Shown one piece after another: positions 26,442-34,854 of a stretch of DNA of 64,000 bases; position 1 is the first letter of the stretch, and each line of letters begins with the position of its first letter. The notes beneath the pieces were generated by a model. That model had not been told where the DNA came from. It worked only from the letters and a program-made list of their open reading frames with translations, and searched no databases. This DNA comes from Candidatus Falkowbacteria bacterium (lineage in GTDB: Bacteria > Patescibacteriota > Patescibacteriia > Patescibacteriales > UBA12465): positions 276,113 through 340,112 of the forward strand of contig JBAXPN010000001.1 in NCBI GenBank assembly GCA_037132255.1. The letters run 5' to 3'. Made by a program: the position numbers and the translations under genes.

Positions 26442-28931
26442 TTACTTTAATTTATCTTTAATTAATGGCAAGTGCGCCCGACGACTTATTTCCGCTTCTA
26501 CTAAACGAGTATTTTGTCCGTACTTTAAACGACTAAGAGCTCTTATTTTATCGGCCATCCCTGGTCTCTTAACACCCAATATCGGCCAAATGGTATTTAA
26601 AGAAAATGGCCTAGTGGCGCTATTATCCACTAACAACTTAATACAGGCCATGCCCTTATCGACATTTATCAAATCGTATTGATTAAAAACCGGTGAGAAT
26701 TCTTTGACTAAAAAATCGGCATCTTCGGAGCCAATCTTAAAACTTACCATAGTTCCGACGTTACCAAATACCGCCTCTTTGATTTCGTGATTATTATTTT
26801 TACTGAGTTGTCCAATATACTGATGGGCAATAATTAAATCAAGCGCATATTTTCTAGCTTCAGACAAAATCTGACAAATTGAATTGGTAGTGAAATTTTG
26901 GAACTCATCAATATAGAGATAGAAATCTTTTCGAGACTCTGGAGGTAAATCAGTTCTTGATAAAGCTGCCATTAAAATCTTACCGACTAAAATCATTCCC
27001 AGAAGATAAGCATTCATTTCCCCGACAAGACCTTTCGGTAAATCGACCAAGAGAATTTTCTGCCCGTCCATAACTTCACGCAAATTAAAAGCACTTTTTT
27101 GCTGACCGATTATCGGCCGCATCATATCATTAGAAATGAAAGATGTTAATTTAGAGGTAATGTATGGAACAATATTTGCGAGCGCTGCTTCCCCGCCAGC
27201 CTTCTCAGCTTCTTTGCGCCAAAAATCAACAACTGTTTGATTCTTACATTGACTTAATTTATATTTTCGAAACTCCTCGTCAGCCAGAACTTTCGGAATT
27301 TCCATCAAAGTAGAGCCAGACTCCGGATCATCCATGATTAAAAGCATGGCGTTGCGCATATACTGTTCGAACATCGGGCCACCCGTTGCTTTAAGATCAT
27401 ACAACTTATCCAAAATACCAATCATTTCATTTATAACAAAGCTTTTTTGTTCTGGGTAACGCGGGTCGTATTCAAGTAAATTTAGAGCTAGTGGGCGTTC
27501 AATATCACCAGGAGAAAAAATAATAACATCTTCAGCTCTTTCCGGTGGAATTCTTTCGAGAATATCGGAAATCAAATCTCCATTCGGATCGAATACACAA
27601 ACACCTTCGCCGTTTTGAATATCCTGAATGGCCATATTAGCCAAGAGAACTGATTTACCAGTACCAGATTTACCAATAATATAAGTATGGCGACGGCGAT
27701 CCTGCCGCTTAATTCGTATTTCTTTCTTTACACCACGATGAACATTAAGACCGAGCGTAATTCCTTCAGTCGGAATTGTTGCTGGCGCCGGAGCAATTTT
27801 AGATGAAAGCCAAAGAATATTTGGGGTTTCGGTTCCCTTCAAAGGAAAGTGAAAAATACTCGCAAGTTCTTCGCTATTTAGCAAGAAACTATTTTTTTCT
27901 TGAAAATGACGATAAATAAAATCTTGTACTATTTTTTCTGGCGCTCTCTTATTAGCGCGCGAAAAATTATTGCCATAACTAAAATTATTATATTCGCTAA
28001 AACTAGAAACTATATTTTCTAAATACCTGTTCGCGTCCTCTTTTGTTTTCGCGCAAGAAATAATCCGCAAATTAACATTAAGACCTGTCTTTAAATTTTT
28101 CTGCTCAATTGACTTCACCATTTCCTCTTCAATCGCCGACAATTTACGGCTAGAGTTAATTTCCTTATTCTTTTTCATGGCGCCGCCGGTCATAAAAATT
28201 TCGGCCACTATTCCTAAGGGCGTGCTAGCTCTAACGCCGGCCAGCACAGAATTTTTCTTATGTATTTTAGCAACAACACGTCTGGCTTTTCGATGCCAAC
28301 GCTTTTTAGCGCTACGTACTAAATATTGAATTACCAGACTTTCGTCTTTTCCTAATTTTGAAAGAGTATTGATTATTGAATTAAGAGGATCAACCTCCAT
28401 TTTTTGATATGTTTTTATCGGAAAGAAAAAACCGCGAGTCGTTCTAAGAGAGGCCGCGGCGATTTGCCCACTCATACTAAAGGGATTATAATCTTCAACT
28501 TCTTCGATAATGGCATCCGGATAATAAGCCTGTACTTGCTGCTCGATATAACGCAAATTATCAAAAGGCGCAACAATATAAAAAGCTATTTTATTATGAC
28601 TAGCAACAATTTCAAAAGAAAAATGATCATGTCTGCCCGTGAACCAGGCCTTGATCCCACGCTCAGCTTTCAGTCCGCCGACAGCCGCAAATATTGTTTC
28701 TCCCTTGGCAATTTCTTCGCGAAGAGTTTGAACGTTGTTTAATTTCTTATCATCGTCTGGTTTTTCCTTTGGAAGTCTAACCAAAAAGACTTGATGGGGA
28801 AAATAGTGACGACGAGTCAGTATGAAGCGTAATAGTCTAATTAATAAAACTAAAAAAACAATGAGCGCTCCTGCCCAAAGTAAAATGATAAACAAATAAT
28901 CGGCCGCGCTCGGCGTCGTTATTATGGTCAT
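26442..28931 (-). CDS. membrane-anchored P-loop ATPase, VirD4/TraD/TraG (type IV coupling protein)-like / HerA-FtsK superfamily
   Basis: 829 aa. N-terminal TM (YLFIILLWAGALIVFLVLLIRLL), Walker A IIGKSGTGKSVLL, FDPNGD, Walker B-like FYLYIDEFQNF. Gaps of 2 nt to the upstream ORF and 6 nt to dnaX. Confidence 0.7.
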   Translation of the reverse strand: MTIITTPSAADYLFIILLWAGALIVFLVLLIRLLRFILTRRHYFPHQVFLVRLPKEKPDDDKKLNNVQTLREEIAKGETIFAAVGGLKAERGIKAWFTGRHDHFSFEIVASHNKIAFYIVAPFDNLRYIEQQVQAYYPDAIIEEVEDYNPFSMSGQIAAASLRTTRGFFFPIKTYQKMEVDPLNSIINTLSKLGKDESLVIQYLVRSAKKRWHRKARRVVAKIHKKNSVLAGVRASTPLGIVAEIFMTGGAMKKNKEINSSRKLSAIEEEMVKSIEQKNLKTGLNVNLRIISCAKTKEDANRYLENIVSSFSEYNNFSYGNNFSRANKRAPEKIVQDFIYRHFQEKNSFLLNSEELASIFHFPLKGTETPNILWLSSKIAPAPATIPTEGITLGLNVHRGVKKEIRIKRQDRRRHTYIIGKSGTGKSVLLANMAIQDIQNGEGVCVFDPNGDLISDILERIPPERAEDVIIFSPGDIERPLALNLLEYDPRYPEQKSFVINEMIGILDKLYDLKATGGPMFEQYMRNAMLLIMDDPESGSTLMEIPKVLADEEFRKYKLSQCKNQTVVDFWRKEAEKAGGEAALANIVPYITSKLTSFISNDMMRPIIGQQKSAFNLREVMDGQKILLVDLPKGLVGEMNAYLLGMILVGKILMAALSRTDLPPESRKDFYLYIDEFQNFTTNSICQILSEARKYALDLIIAHQYIGQLSKNNNHEIKEAVFGNVGTMVSFKIGSEDADFLVKEFSPVFNQYDLINVDKGMACIKLLVDNSATRPFSLNTIWPILGVKRPGMADKIRALSRLKYGQNTRLVEAEISRRAHLPLIKDKLK

Positions 28932-28933
28932 AT

Positions 28934-29413
28934 TTAAAACTTATTTTTCAATCTAACAATTTTATCTGCTTTGATTTTAACTTCCTGCTCGATAAAAAAT
29001 TTATTAACTCCCGGAATCATTTTTAGCCACTTTCTAATCAGCTCAACTATTTTATTAACTTTAACTTTTGTTTCTGATAATAATTTATTAATTTTTACAA
29101 CTGTCTCTTCTCCTGTTTTCTTAAATTCTGCCTGCTGAGCGGCGTTCATTTTTAGAAATACTTCATTCAAGCCTTCGGACAAAACATTGTCTATTTCCGT
29201 GGCGCGTTGTTTTTGCCATGTTTGCGCCTGAGAGGCGGCAACAATATTACCCTCTCCTTTTTTTTCAATTGGTTTCGGAGCATCAGTGACTCTTTCAACG
29301 GACGGCAAAATATGTTCCGGTTTATTCTCCGAACTAGGTATATTTTCAGTTTTAACGGGCACGGCTTCGCGCTTTTCAAGATTAAACTTTTCAGCGATTA
29401 TTTCTCCGGCCAT
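28934..29413 (-). CDS. hypothetical protein (acidic/Pro-rich N-terminus, helical C-terminus), first gene of the ATPase operon
   Basis: 159 aa with no recognisable motif. Stop codon lies 2 nt before the ATPase start. Confidence 0.55.
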   Translation of the reverse strand: MAGEIIAEKFNLEKREAVPVKTENIPSSENKPEHILPSVERVTDAPKPIEKKGEGNIVAASQAQTWQKQRATEIDNVLSEGLNEVFLKMNAAQQAEFKKTGEETVVKINKLLSETKVKVNKIVELIRKWLKMIPGVNKFFIEQEVKIKADKIVRLKNKF

Positions 29414-29423
29414 AAATTAAAAA

Positions 29424-29597
29424 TTAATTAACGCTTATTGCTTCCACTGGGCAGTTTTCAGCCGCGTTTTTTGAGCAATCAGTTGTTTCAGGATTTTGAA
29501 CTTCAGCCTTACCACTGGCACCCATTATAAAAGTAGACGGGCACATTCCCGCGCACATGCCACAGCCAATACATTTCTCGGAATTTACTTTTACCAT
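29424..29597 (-). CDS. small monocluster [4Fe-4S] ferredoxin (57 aa), missing from the ORF track
   Basis: Hand translation: MVKVNSEKCIGCGMCAGMCPSTFIMGASGKAEVQNPETTDCSKNAAENCPVEAISVN. CxxCxxCxxxCP plus a distal CP, the pattern of Thermotoga/Pyrococcus-type single-cluster ferredoxins. 174 nt, ATG to TAA. Confidence 0.8.
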   Translation of the reverse strand: MVKVNSEKCIGCGMCAGMCPSTFIMGASGKAEVQNPETTDCSKNAAENCPVEAISVN

Positions 29598-29694
29598 ATT
29601 TTTTTTATTAGATTTTTACTTAGTTTTTATGTTATTATTATAGCATATTTAATAAATATTAAAACCCTTTTAAAGCCTAATTTAGGGCTCAGAT

Positions 29695-29723
29695 TTGACA
29701 ATTTATCATTCATGAGTTATATT
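29695..29723 (+). promoter_or_regulatory. promoter of rpmA
   Basis: TTGACA (29695-29700), 17 nt, TATATT (29718-29723). Confidence 0.55.
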
Positions 29724-29752
29724 TATACAATAAAACTTAAATTACCTTTGAT

Positions 29753-29776
29753 TGCTAGTCTTCTGGCTAGCATTTT
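29753..29776 (+). promoter_or_regulatory. 5' UTR hairpin plus short U-tract upstream of rpmA (possible r-protein leader)
   Basis: Stem TGCTAG (29753-29758) / CTAGCA (29767-29772), then TTTT. About 20 nt before ATG 29795. Confidence 0.3.
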
Positions 29777-29794
29777 CGGTGTAGAACAATCCAT

Positions 29795-30226
29795 ATGGCA
29801 CATAAGAAAGCTGCCGGGTCAACCTCACTAGGCCGCGAGTCAGAAAGTAAACGTTTAGGCGTTAAATTGACGGACGGGCAATGGGCTAAAACTGGCGCCA
29901 TCATTATTAGACAACGCGGTACCAAATATCATCCTGGCCTAAATGTTGGCATTGGCGGAGATGATACTTTATTCGCTCTTCAGGGCGGTTTTGTAAAATT
30001 CACAACCAGAAAATTACGCAAATTTAACAATACGCTTAAATCTACCAAGATTGTTAACGTAATACCTTTAACTGAGGCTAAACGCGAAGAACTTAAAGTA
30101 GTCGCAAAAGCGGCCGCTGCTCGTAAGGAAGTTGCTAAAACAGCGCGTGCTTCTAAAAAAAGTTTGATTAAGAAAACAGCCAAAAAAGTAGCTAAAAAGG
30201 CTACAAAGAAAGTAATTAAAAAGTAA
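29795..30226 (+). CDS. rpmA: 50S ribosomal protein L27 with ~55-aa Lys/Ala-rich C-terminal extension
   Basis: 143 aa. [24 protein letters not shown]...[21 protein letters not shown] is canonical L27. The tail [49 protein letters not shown] is extra. Confidence 0.9.
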   Translation: MAHKKAAGSTSLGRESESKRLGVKLTDGQWAKTGAIIIRQRGTKYHPGLNVGIGGDDTLFALQGGFVKFTTRKLRKFNNTLKSTKIVNVIPLTEAKREELKVVAKAAAARKEVAKTARASKKSLIKKTAKKVAKKATKKVIKK

Positions 30227-30240
30227 AACAACGACATATC

Positions 30241-30268
30241 AAAAAACAGGCCAATAGCCTGTTTTTTG
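30241..30268. terminator. bidirectional terminator between rpmA and pyrG
   Basis: AAAAAACAGGC CAATA GCCTGTTTTTT. Near-identical arms to the terminator after rplA (40923-40956). Confidence 0.8.
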
Positions 30269-30281
30269 TTATATTTAAAGA

Positions 30282-31976
30282 TTATTTACTCGTTTTGCAA
30301 ACTTTTACAAATTCGACAAATAAAGGATGAGGGGCAAGCGGACGGGAGATATATTCAGGATGAAATTGAACACCAATAAAGAATGGGTGATTCGCGATTT
30401 CGACTGCCTCGACTATCTTAGAATCCGGAGATGTTCCGGAGACAATTAAACCCAGACGCTCAAACATTTCGCGGTAATCATTGTTAAATTCGAAGCGGTG
30501 TCGATGTCGCTCAGAGACTATCTTATGAGATGAAAATCGCTCATATGCTTTCGCTAAATGTGTGCCCGGTTTTAACTTACATGGCCAGCCGCCAAGACGA
30601 ATTGTTCCGCCATAGCCTTTTTCCGCAATTAATTTCTCTTGTCCTGGCATTATATGAATAACTGGATTCTTAGTTTTCGAGTCGCACTCTGCCGAATTTG
30701 CATCTTTTAAACCAGCTACATTCCGCGCAAATTCAATTACGGCCATTTGCATGCCATAACAAAGACCAAAATATGGAATATTATTTTCCCGGCAATATTT
30801 AATTGTCTTTATCTTCCCTTCTGATCCACGACCACCCCAGCCTTGCGGCACGATAATCCCGTCTATATTTTTCAAAACTTTTACGCCATCCGTCTCAACA
30901 TCCTCGGCGCTCAACCAATGCAACTTAACCTTACAATGATTAAAAGCGGCTGCATGCTTAACTGCTTCAATGACCGAAATATAGGAATCACTAAAATTAA
31001 AATCTCCGCTGGAAAAATATTTTCCAACAATTCCAACATTTATTTCCGGATCCTTAATTTTTGAAGCCAGAACCATTTTTTTCCAGGCCGCATTATCGCT
31101 GTTCTTTTTTCTAACTGGAAGCTCAAATTTTTCTAAAATTCGCAAACTTAAATCATCTTTCTCAAAGTTTAAAGGAATATCATAAATTGAATCTGCATCC
31201 GGGGCAGCAATAACCGCCTCAAGCGCCACGTTACAATTGATCGATAATTTTTCCCGACGCGCCATATCTATCGGACGCTCGCTGCGCGCTACCAAGAAAT
31301 CTGGCTGAATTCCAGCACTTTGCAAACTACGAACCGCATGCTGAGTCGGTTTTGTTTTCATTTCTCCTATCATATTAGGAATCGGTAAATAAGAAACCAT
31401 AACAAAAAGCACATCCTTCGGATGATATAATTTCATTACTCTCGCCGCTTCCAAAAAAAGAAGATTTTCATATTCACCAACCGTTCCGCCGACCTCAATA
31501 ATCATAATCTCGGCCTTTACTTTGGCGACCGCTTTCTCAATTCTATCGCGGATCTCTTGTGGAATATGAGGAACAACTTGGACGCACTTCCCTTTGTATT
31601 CCAAATTTCTTTCACGCGCAATTACTGTCTGATATATTCGACCGGTCGTCATGTAATTTTCACGATAAATATTTTTATTCAAAAATCTCTCATAATTACC
31701 GATATCCTGATCAGTTTCATCACCATCTTCAGTCACAAAAACTTCGCCATGCTCGACTGGATTCATTGTCCCCGCATCAACGTTAATATAGGGATCCATT
31801 TTAATAGCACTAACATTATAACCGCGTGCCTGTAGAATTTGCCCAATAGAAGCAGTTGTAACTCCCTTCCCAACCCCAGACATAACACCCCCAACAACGA
31901 AGATGAATTTGGTCGCATGTTCTTCTTTTTTAGCTTTTTTTACAGTTTTTTTATCCAAAGACATAGTTATTGACAA
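30282..31976 (-). CDS. pyrG: CTP synthase
   Basis: 564 aa. FVVGGVMSGVGKG N-terminus. GATase domain with GLCYGMQ and HRHRFEFN. Confidence 0.95.
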   Translation of the reverse strand: MSITMSLDKKTVKKAKKEEHATKFIFVVGGVMSGVGKGVTTASIGQILQARGYNVSAIKMDPYINVDAGTMNPVEHGEVFVTEDGDETDQDIGNYERFLNKNIYRENYMTTGRIYQTVIARERNLEYKGKCVQVVPHIPQEIRDRIEKAVAKVKAEIMIIEVGGTVGEYENLLFLEAARVMKLYHPKDVLFVMVSYLPIPNMIGEMKTKPTQHAVRSLQSAGIQPDFLVARSERPIDMARREKLSINCNVALEAVIAAPDADSIYDIPLNFEKDDLSLRILEKFELPVRKKNSDNAAWKKMVLASKIKDPEINVGIVGKYFSSGDFNFSDSYISVIEAVKHAAAFNHCKVKLHWLSAEDVETDGVKVLKNIDGIIVPQGWGGRGSEGKIKTIKYCRENNIPYFGLCYGMQMAVIEFARNVAGLKDANSAECDSKTKNPVIHIMPGQEKLIAEKGYGGTIRLGGWPCKLKPGTHLAKAYERFSSHKIVSERHRHRFEFNNDYREMFERLGLIVSGTSPDSKIVEAVEIANHPFFIGVQFHPEYISRPLAPHPLFVEFVKVCKTSK

Positions 31977-32051
31977 TTAAATATAATTATGATATAAAAT
32001 TCTTATTGGCAAACAATAGTTCATTAAACGTTTAATCTAAAACTCACAAGA

Positions 32052-32390
32052 ATGCTGTATTTAGTTAAGACTGAAATGCCTACAAGTCGGGGCCTTATTC
32101 GACGCTACCATTTATTTGAATGGGTAACAGGAAAAGAACCGCAAAGTCTTTGCACAGAGGAGACAATCCCAGGAATCACAAAGTTTTCGAAAGAAAATGA
32201 TTATGATGTAGCGACAATCAAAGTTGCGCTACCAAAAGATTGGCCACTGCCGATATTCATTCCGCTCAATACTGAGCAAATAATTCGATTTGAAGTTGGA
32301 TCAGGTCGGAGAATCCAAATTCCAAAAATCAAAAAACAAAAAACAAAGAACGAAACAAACAAAAAAACTAAACAGAAACTCGTTGCCTAG
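32052..32390 (+). CDS. hypothetical protein with Lys-rich C-terminal tail
   Basis: 112 aa with no motif. Ends ...IPKIKKQKTKNETNKKTKQKLVA. Followed by a good terminator. Confidence 0.45.
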   Translation: MLYLVKTEMPTSRGLIRRYHLFEWVTGKEPQSLCTEETIPGITKFSKENDYDVATIKVALPKDWPLPIFIPLNTEQIIRFEVGSGRRIQIPKIKKQKTKNETNKKTKQKLVA

Positions 32391-32411
32391 CATTCAGGCA
32401 ATAACGAACAA

Positions 32412-32450
32412 AAGGCAGACCTCTCGGGCTGCCTTTATCTTTTATTTTTT
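32412..32450 (+). terminator. rho-independent terminator (overlaps the 3' end of the convergent protease gene)
   Basis: Stem AAGGCAG (32412-32418) / CTGCCTT (32429-32435), followed by a T-rich tract. Confidence 0.6.
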
Positions 32451-33686
32451 CCTGGGCTTTAAAATGTCCAAAGCCTTATTCATTTGCGGATCTACATTTT
32501 TATCAATATCAGCTTGCGTATATTTTATTTCTACTCCCGGAGCAATTCCCTTTTCGTTAATAAAGTCACCGGCTGGAGTTAACCATTTTGCGATTGTAAC
32601 TTTTAAAGTTGAGCCGTCGCTTAAATCTTTCAAAGTCTGCACCGAACCCTTCCCGTATGTTTGTTCACCGACTAAAGTTGCCTTTTTATAATCGCGCAGA
32701 GCGCCAGCTAAAATTTCTGAGGCGGAAGCGCTACCTCCATTAACCAAAACAACCGTCGGGAAACTCTTTAAACGCGCTCGGCCGTTAGATGGGTATTCAT
32801 TTCTTTTATTGTCGCCGAATTGTTCAGCAACAACCGGACCGGCCTCAACCCATTCCGAGGCCATAGCCACGGCCGTATCTAAATATCCACCCGGGTTATT
32901 TCTTAAATCTAAAATAATTCCCTTCGGATTCTTCGCTACGGCTTCACTTACGGCCGCATTAAACAAGGAAAGAGTATCATCATTAAAATTAGTAACCTTG
33001 ATAACGAATATCCCATCGGTTCTCATTTCCGTTTTCACACTTTTAACAAAAATAACGTCACGAGTAATTATGATATCTTTCGGTTTTTCACCGGCACTAC
33101 GCAAAACAGTTAGGGTAACTTTCGTTCCCTTTTTACCGCGAATTAATTTTACCGCTTGATCAACTGATAACCCAATAGTCGAAGTTCCATTAATTGCATA
33201 AACTTTATCACCCGCCCGAAGTCCTGCTTTTTGCGCTGGCATACCTTCAAGAGGAGCAATAATAGTCACAATTTCATTTCTCATACCTACTTCGGCGCCA
33301 ATACCTTCGAAGGTGCCTGCTAAATCATTGGCGAATTCCTTCGCATCCGTCGGATCCATAAAAACCGTATAAGGATCACCAACGGATTCCGCTAAGCCCT
33401 TGAGCGAGCCGTAAAATAAGTCCTTATCTTTTATTTTTACTTTATCAACATAATTAACTTTAAGAGCATCCCAAACTTCCCAATATAAATTAAAATCAAA
33501 ATTATCATCAGAGTTAGCTACCGTTGTCTTCGCATCAGTTAGAGCGATAATTCTAGCGGATGAACGACCAGCCACACTTGTGCCCTTTCGACCAGCATAA
33601 AAACCTCCCCAAAAAGTTGCCAAAAGTATGGCAAGTAAAATAAGTCCAGGTACTAGTTTATTTATTTTTTCACGATTTATTTTCAT
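32442..33686 (-). CDS. S41-family carboxy-terminal processing protease with PDZ domain
   Basis: 414 aa. N-terminal anchor, PDZ (PAQKAGLRAGDKVYAINGTS), catalytic region VVLVNGGSASASEILAGAL and GKGSVQ. Confidence 0.9.
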   Translation of the reverse strand: MKINREKINKLVPGLILLAILLATFWGGFYAGRKGTSVAGRSSARIIALTDAKTTVANSDDNFDFNLYWEVWDALKVNYVDKVKIKDKDLFYGSLKGLAESVGDPYTVFMDPTDAKEFANDLAGTFEGIGAEVGMRNEIVTIIAPLEGMPAQKAGLRAGDKVYAINGTSTIGLSVDQAVKLIRGKKGTKVTLTVLRSAGEKPKDIIITRDVIFVKSVKTEMRTDGIFVIKVTNFNDDTLSLFNAAVSEAVAKNPKGIILDLRNNPGGYLDTAVAMASEWVEAGPVVAEQFGDNKRNEYPSNGRARLKSFPTVVLVNGGSASASEILAGALRDYKKATLVGEQTYGKGSVQTLKDLSDGSTLKVTIAKWLTPAGDFINEKGIAPGVEIKYTQADIDKNVDPQMNKALDILKPRKK

Positions 33687-33696
33687 ATTTTGATTA

Positions 33697-34305
33697 TTAT
33701 TTTCTAATTATAATTGGGGCATTTTCATCGCGTAAATCAATTAGACGCGATGGACGCTTTTGTGGAGATGGGCCCGCATCAATTACTAAATCCGGCCGAT
33801 TATTCTTTTTTGGAAAATAATAATGTAGCCGGTGAAGATCGGTAATATTTTTTTGACCACTAAGATTCAAACTAGTTGAAACGAGCGGGCAATTTACTTT
33901 CCCTAATATTTTAATTAAAAAAACACTTTTAGGCAAACGCACTGCCAAGCCATCTGAGCCGCGTGTAAGTTCACGCGGTAATATTCGACGATTTTTCAGA
34001 ATCACGGTTGTCGGCGCTGCTTTTTTTGCCCAAATTTTTTTTAAAAGTTTCTCTTGCTTATCCGAAATGATTACATATTTTTTTGCCATCTCAATGCTAG
34101 CAACAAGAATCAAAACTGGTTTTTTCGGATCCCTTTTTTTTAAATGATAAATTTTATTTATCGGACGCAAACGATCAGCCAGACAGCTTAAACCATATAT
34201 CGTGTCGGTTGGCAAAACTACTACTTGTCCTATTTGCAAAGAACCGACTACGAGATCGATGATAGCCGGTTTTATTCTAGTCGGTTTTATTTCAACATGA
34301 GTCAT
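33697..34305 (-). CDS. tsaC: L-threonylcarbamoyladenylate synthase (TsaC/YrdC family)
   Basis: 202 aa. VVVLPTDTIYGLSC, LKKRDPKKPVLILV, SLNLSGQ. Confidence 0.85.
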   Translation of the reverse strand: MTHVEIKPTRIKPAIIDLVVGSLQIGQVVVLPTDTIYGLSCLADRLRPINKIYHLKKRDPKKPVLILVASIEMAKKYVIISDKQEKLLKKIWAKKAAPTTVILKNRRILPRELTRGSDGLAVRLPKSVFLIKILGKVNCPLVSTSLNLSGQKNITDLHRLHYYFPKKNNRPDLVIDAGPSPQKRPSRLIDLRDENAPIIIRK

Positions 34306-34326
34306 GAAATTATTCTAATATTTTAT

Positions 34327-34842
34327 TTAAATAATTGATTTTAAGGCCTTAAGCGCATCCGGTAAAATTGGCATAATAATATTCACAATACGAAGCAATA
34401 CTGGAGAAACGACTGAGGTCGTTAATTGTGTTCCAAAAAAATTACCAATTATCGCGTAACGTGAGACCACAAAAATAATTAAGCCAAGGAAAAGAGCACC
34501 TTCAATAAATCCCAAAATTGCTCCGGCGATATTATTAATATATTTACTGCCTGGAATAATAGCAATTAGATTAAAAAGTTTTTCAATTAATTTAAATACA
34601 AAATCTAAAATCCAGGTTGTCACCGTGAACAAAATAATAAATGATACGACTTTGCCAACAGCGTCATGTCCGTTAAAAATATTTTGACACCAGCCGTAGA
34701 AAACTAGATAAAAATGACTAGCTATGTAGGCGCCGATAATTAAACCGACTACGTGCCCTAAAAGTCTGATTAAACCCTTAAACAGCCCATTTAAAGCAAA
34801 GCCAATAAGAATAACCAATAACCCGATGTCTAAAGTCGACAT
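34327..34842 (-). CDS. cvpA: CvpA-family membrane protein
   Basis: 171 aa. 4-5 TM helices and the typical N-terminus LDIGLLVILIGFALNGLFKGLIR. Confidence 0.75.
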   Translation of the reverse strand: MSTLDIGLLVILIGFALNGLFKGLIRLLGHVVGLIIGAYIASHFYLVFYGWCQNIFNGHDAVGKVVSFIILFTVTTWILDFVFKLIEKLFNLIAIIPGSKYINNIAGAILGFIEGALFLGLIIFVVSRYAIIGNFFGTQLTTSVVSPVLLRIVNIIMPILPDALKALKSII

Positions 34843-34854
34843 ATATTTATGTTA

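Noticed and set aside
29496-29831. 111-aa plus-strand ORF spanning the ferredoxin antisense strand and the rpmA promoter.
   Set aside because: It overlaps a well-supported small ferredoxin gene and the rpmA promoter and leader. Its translation is hydrophobic low-complexity sequence.
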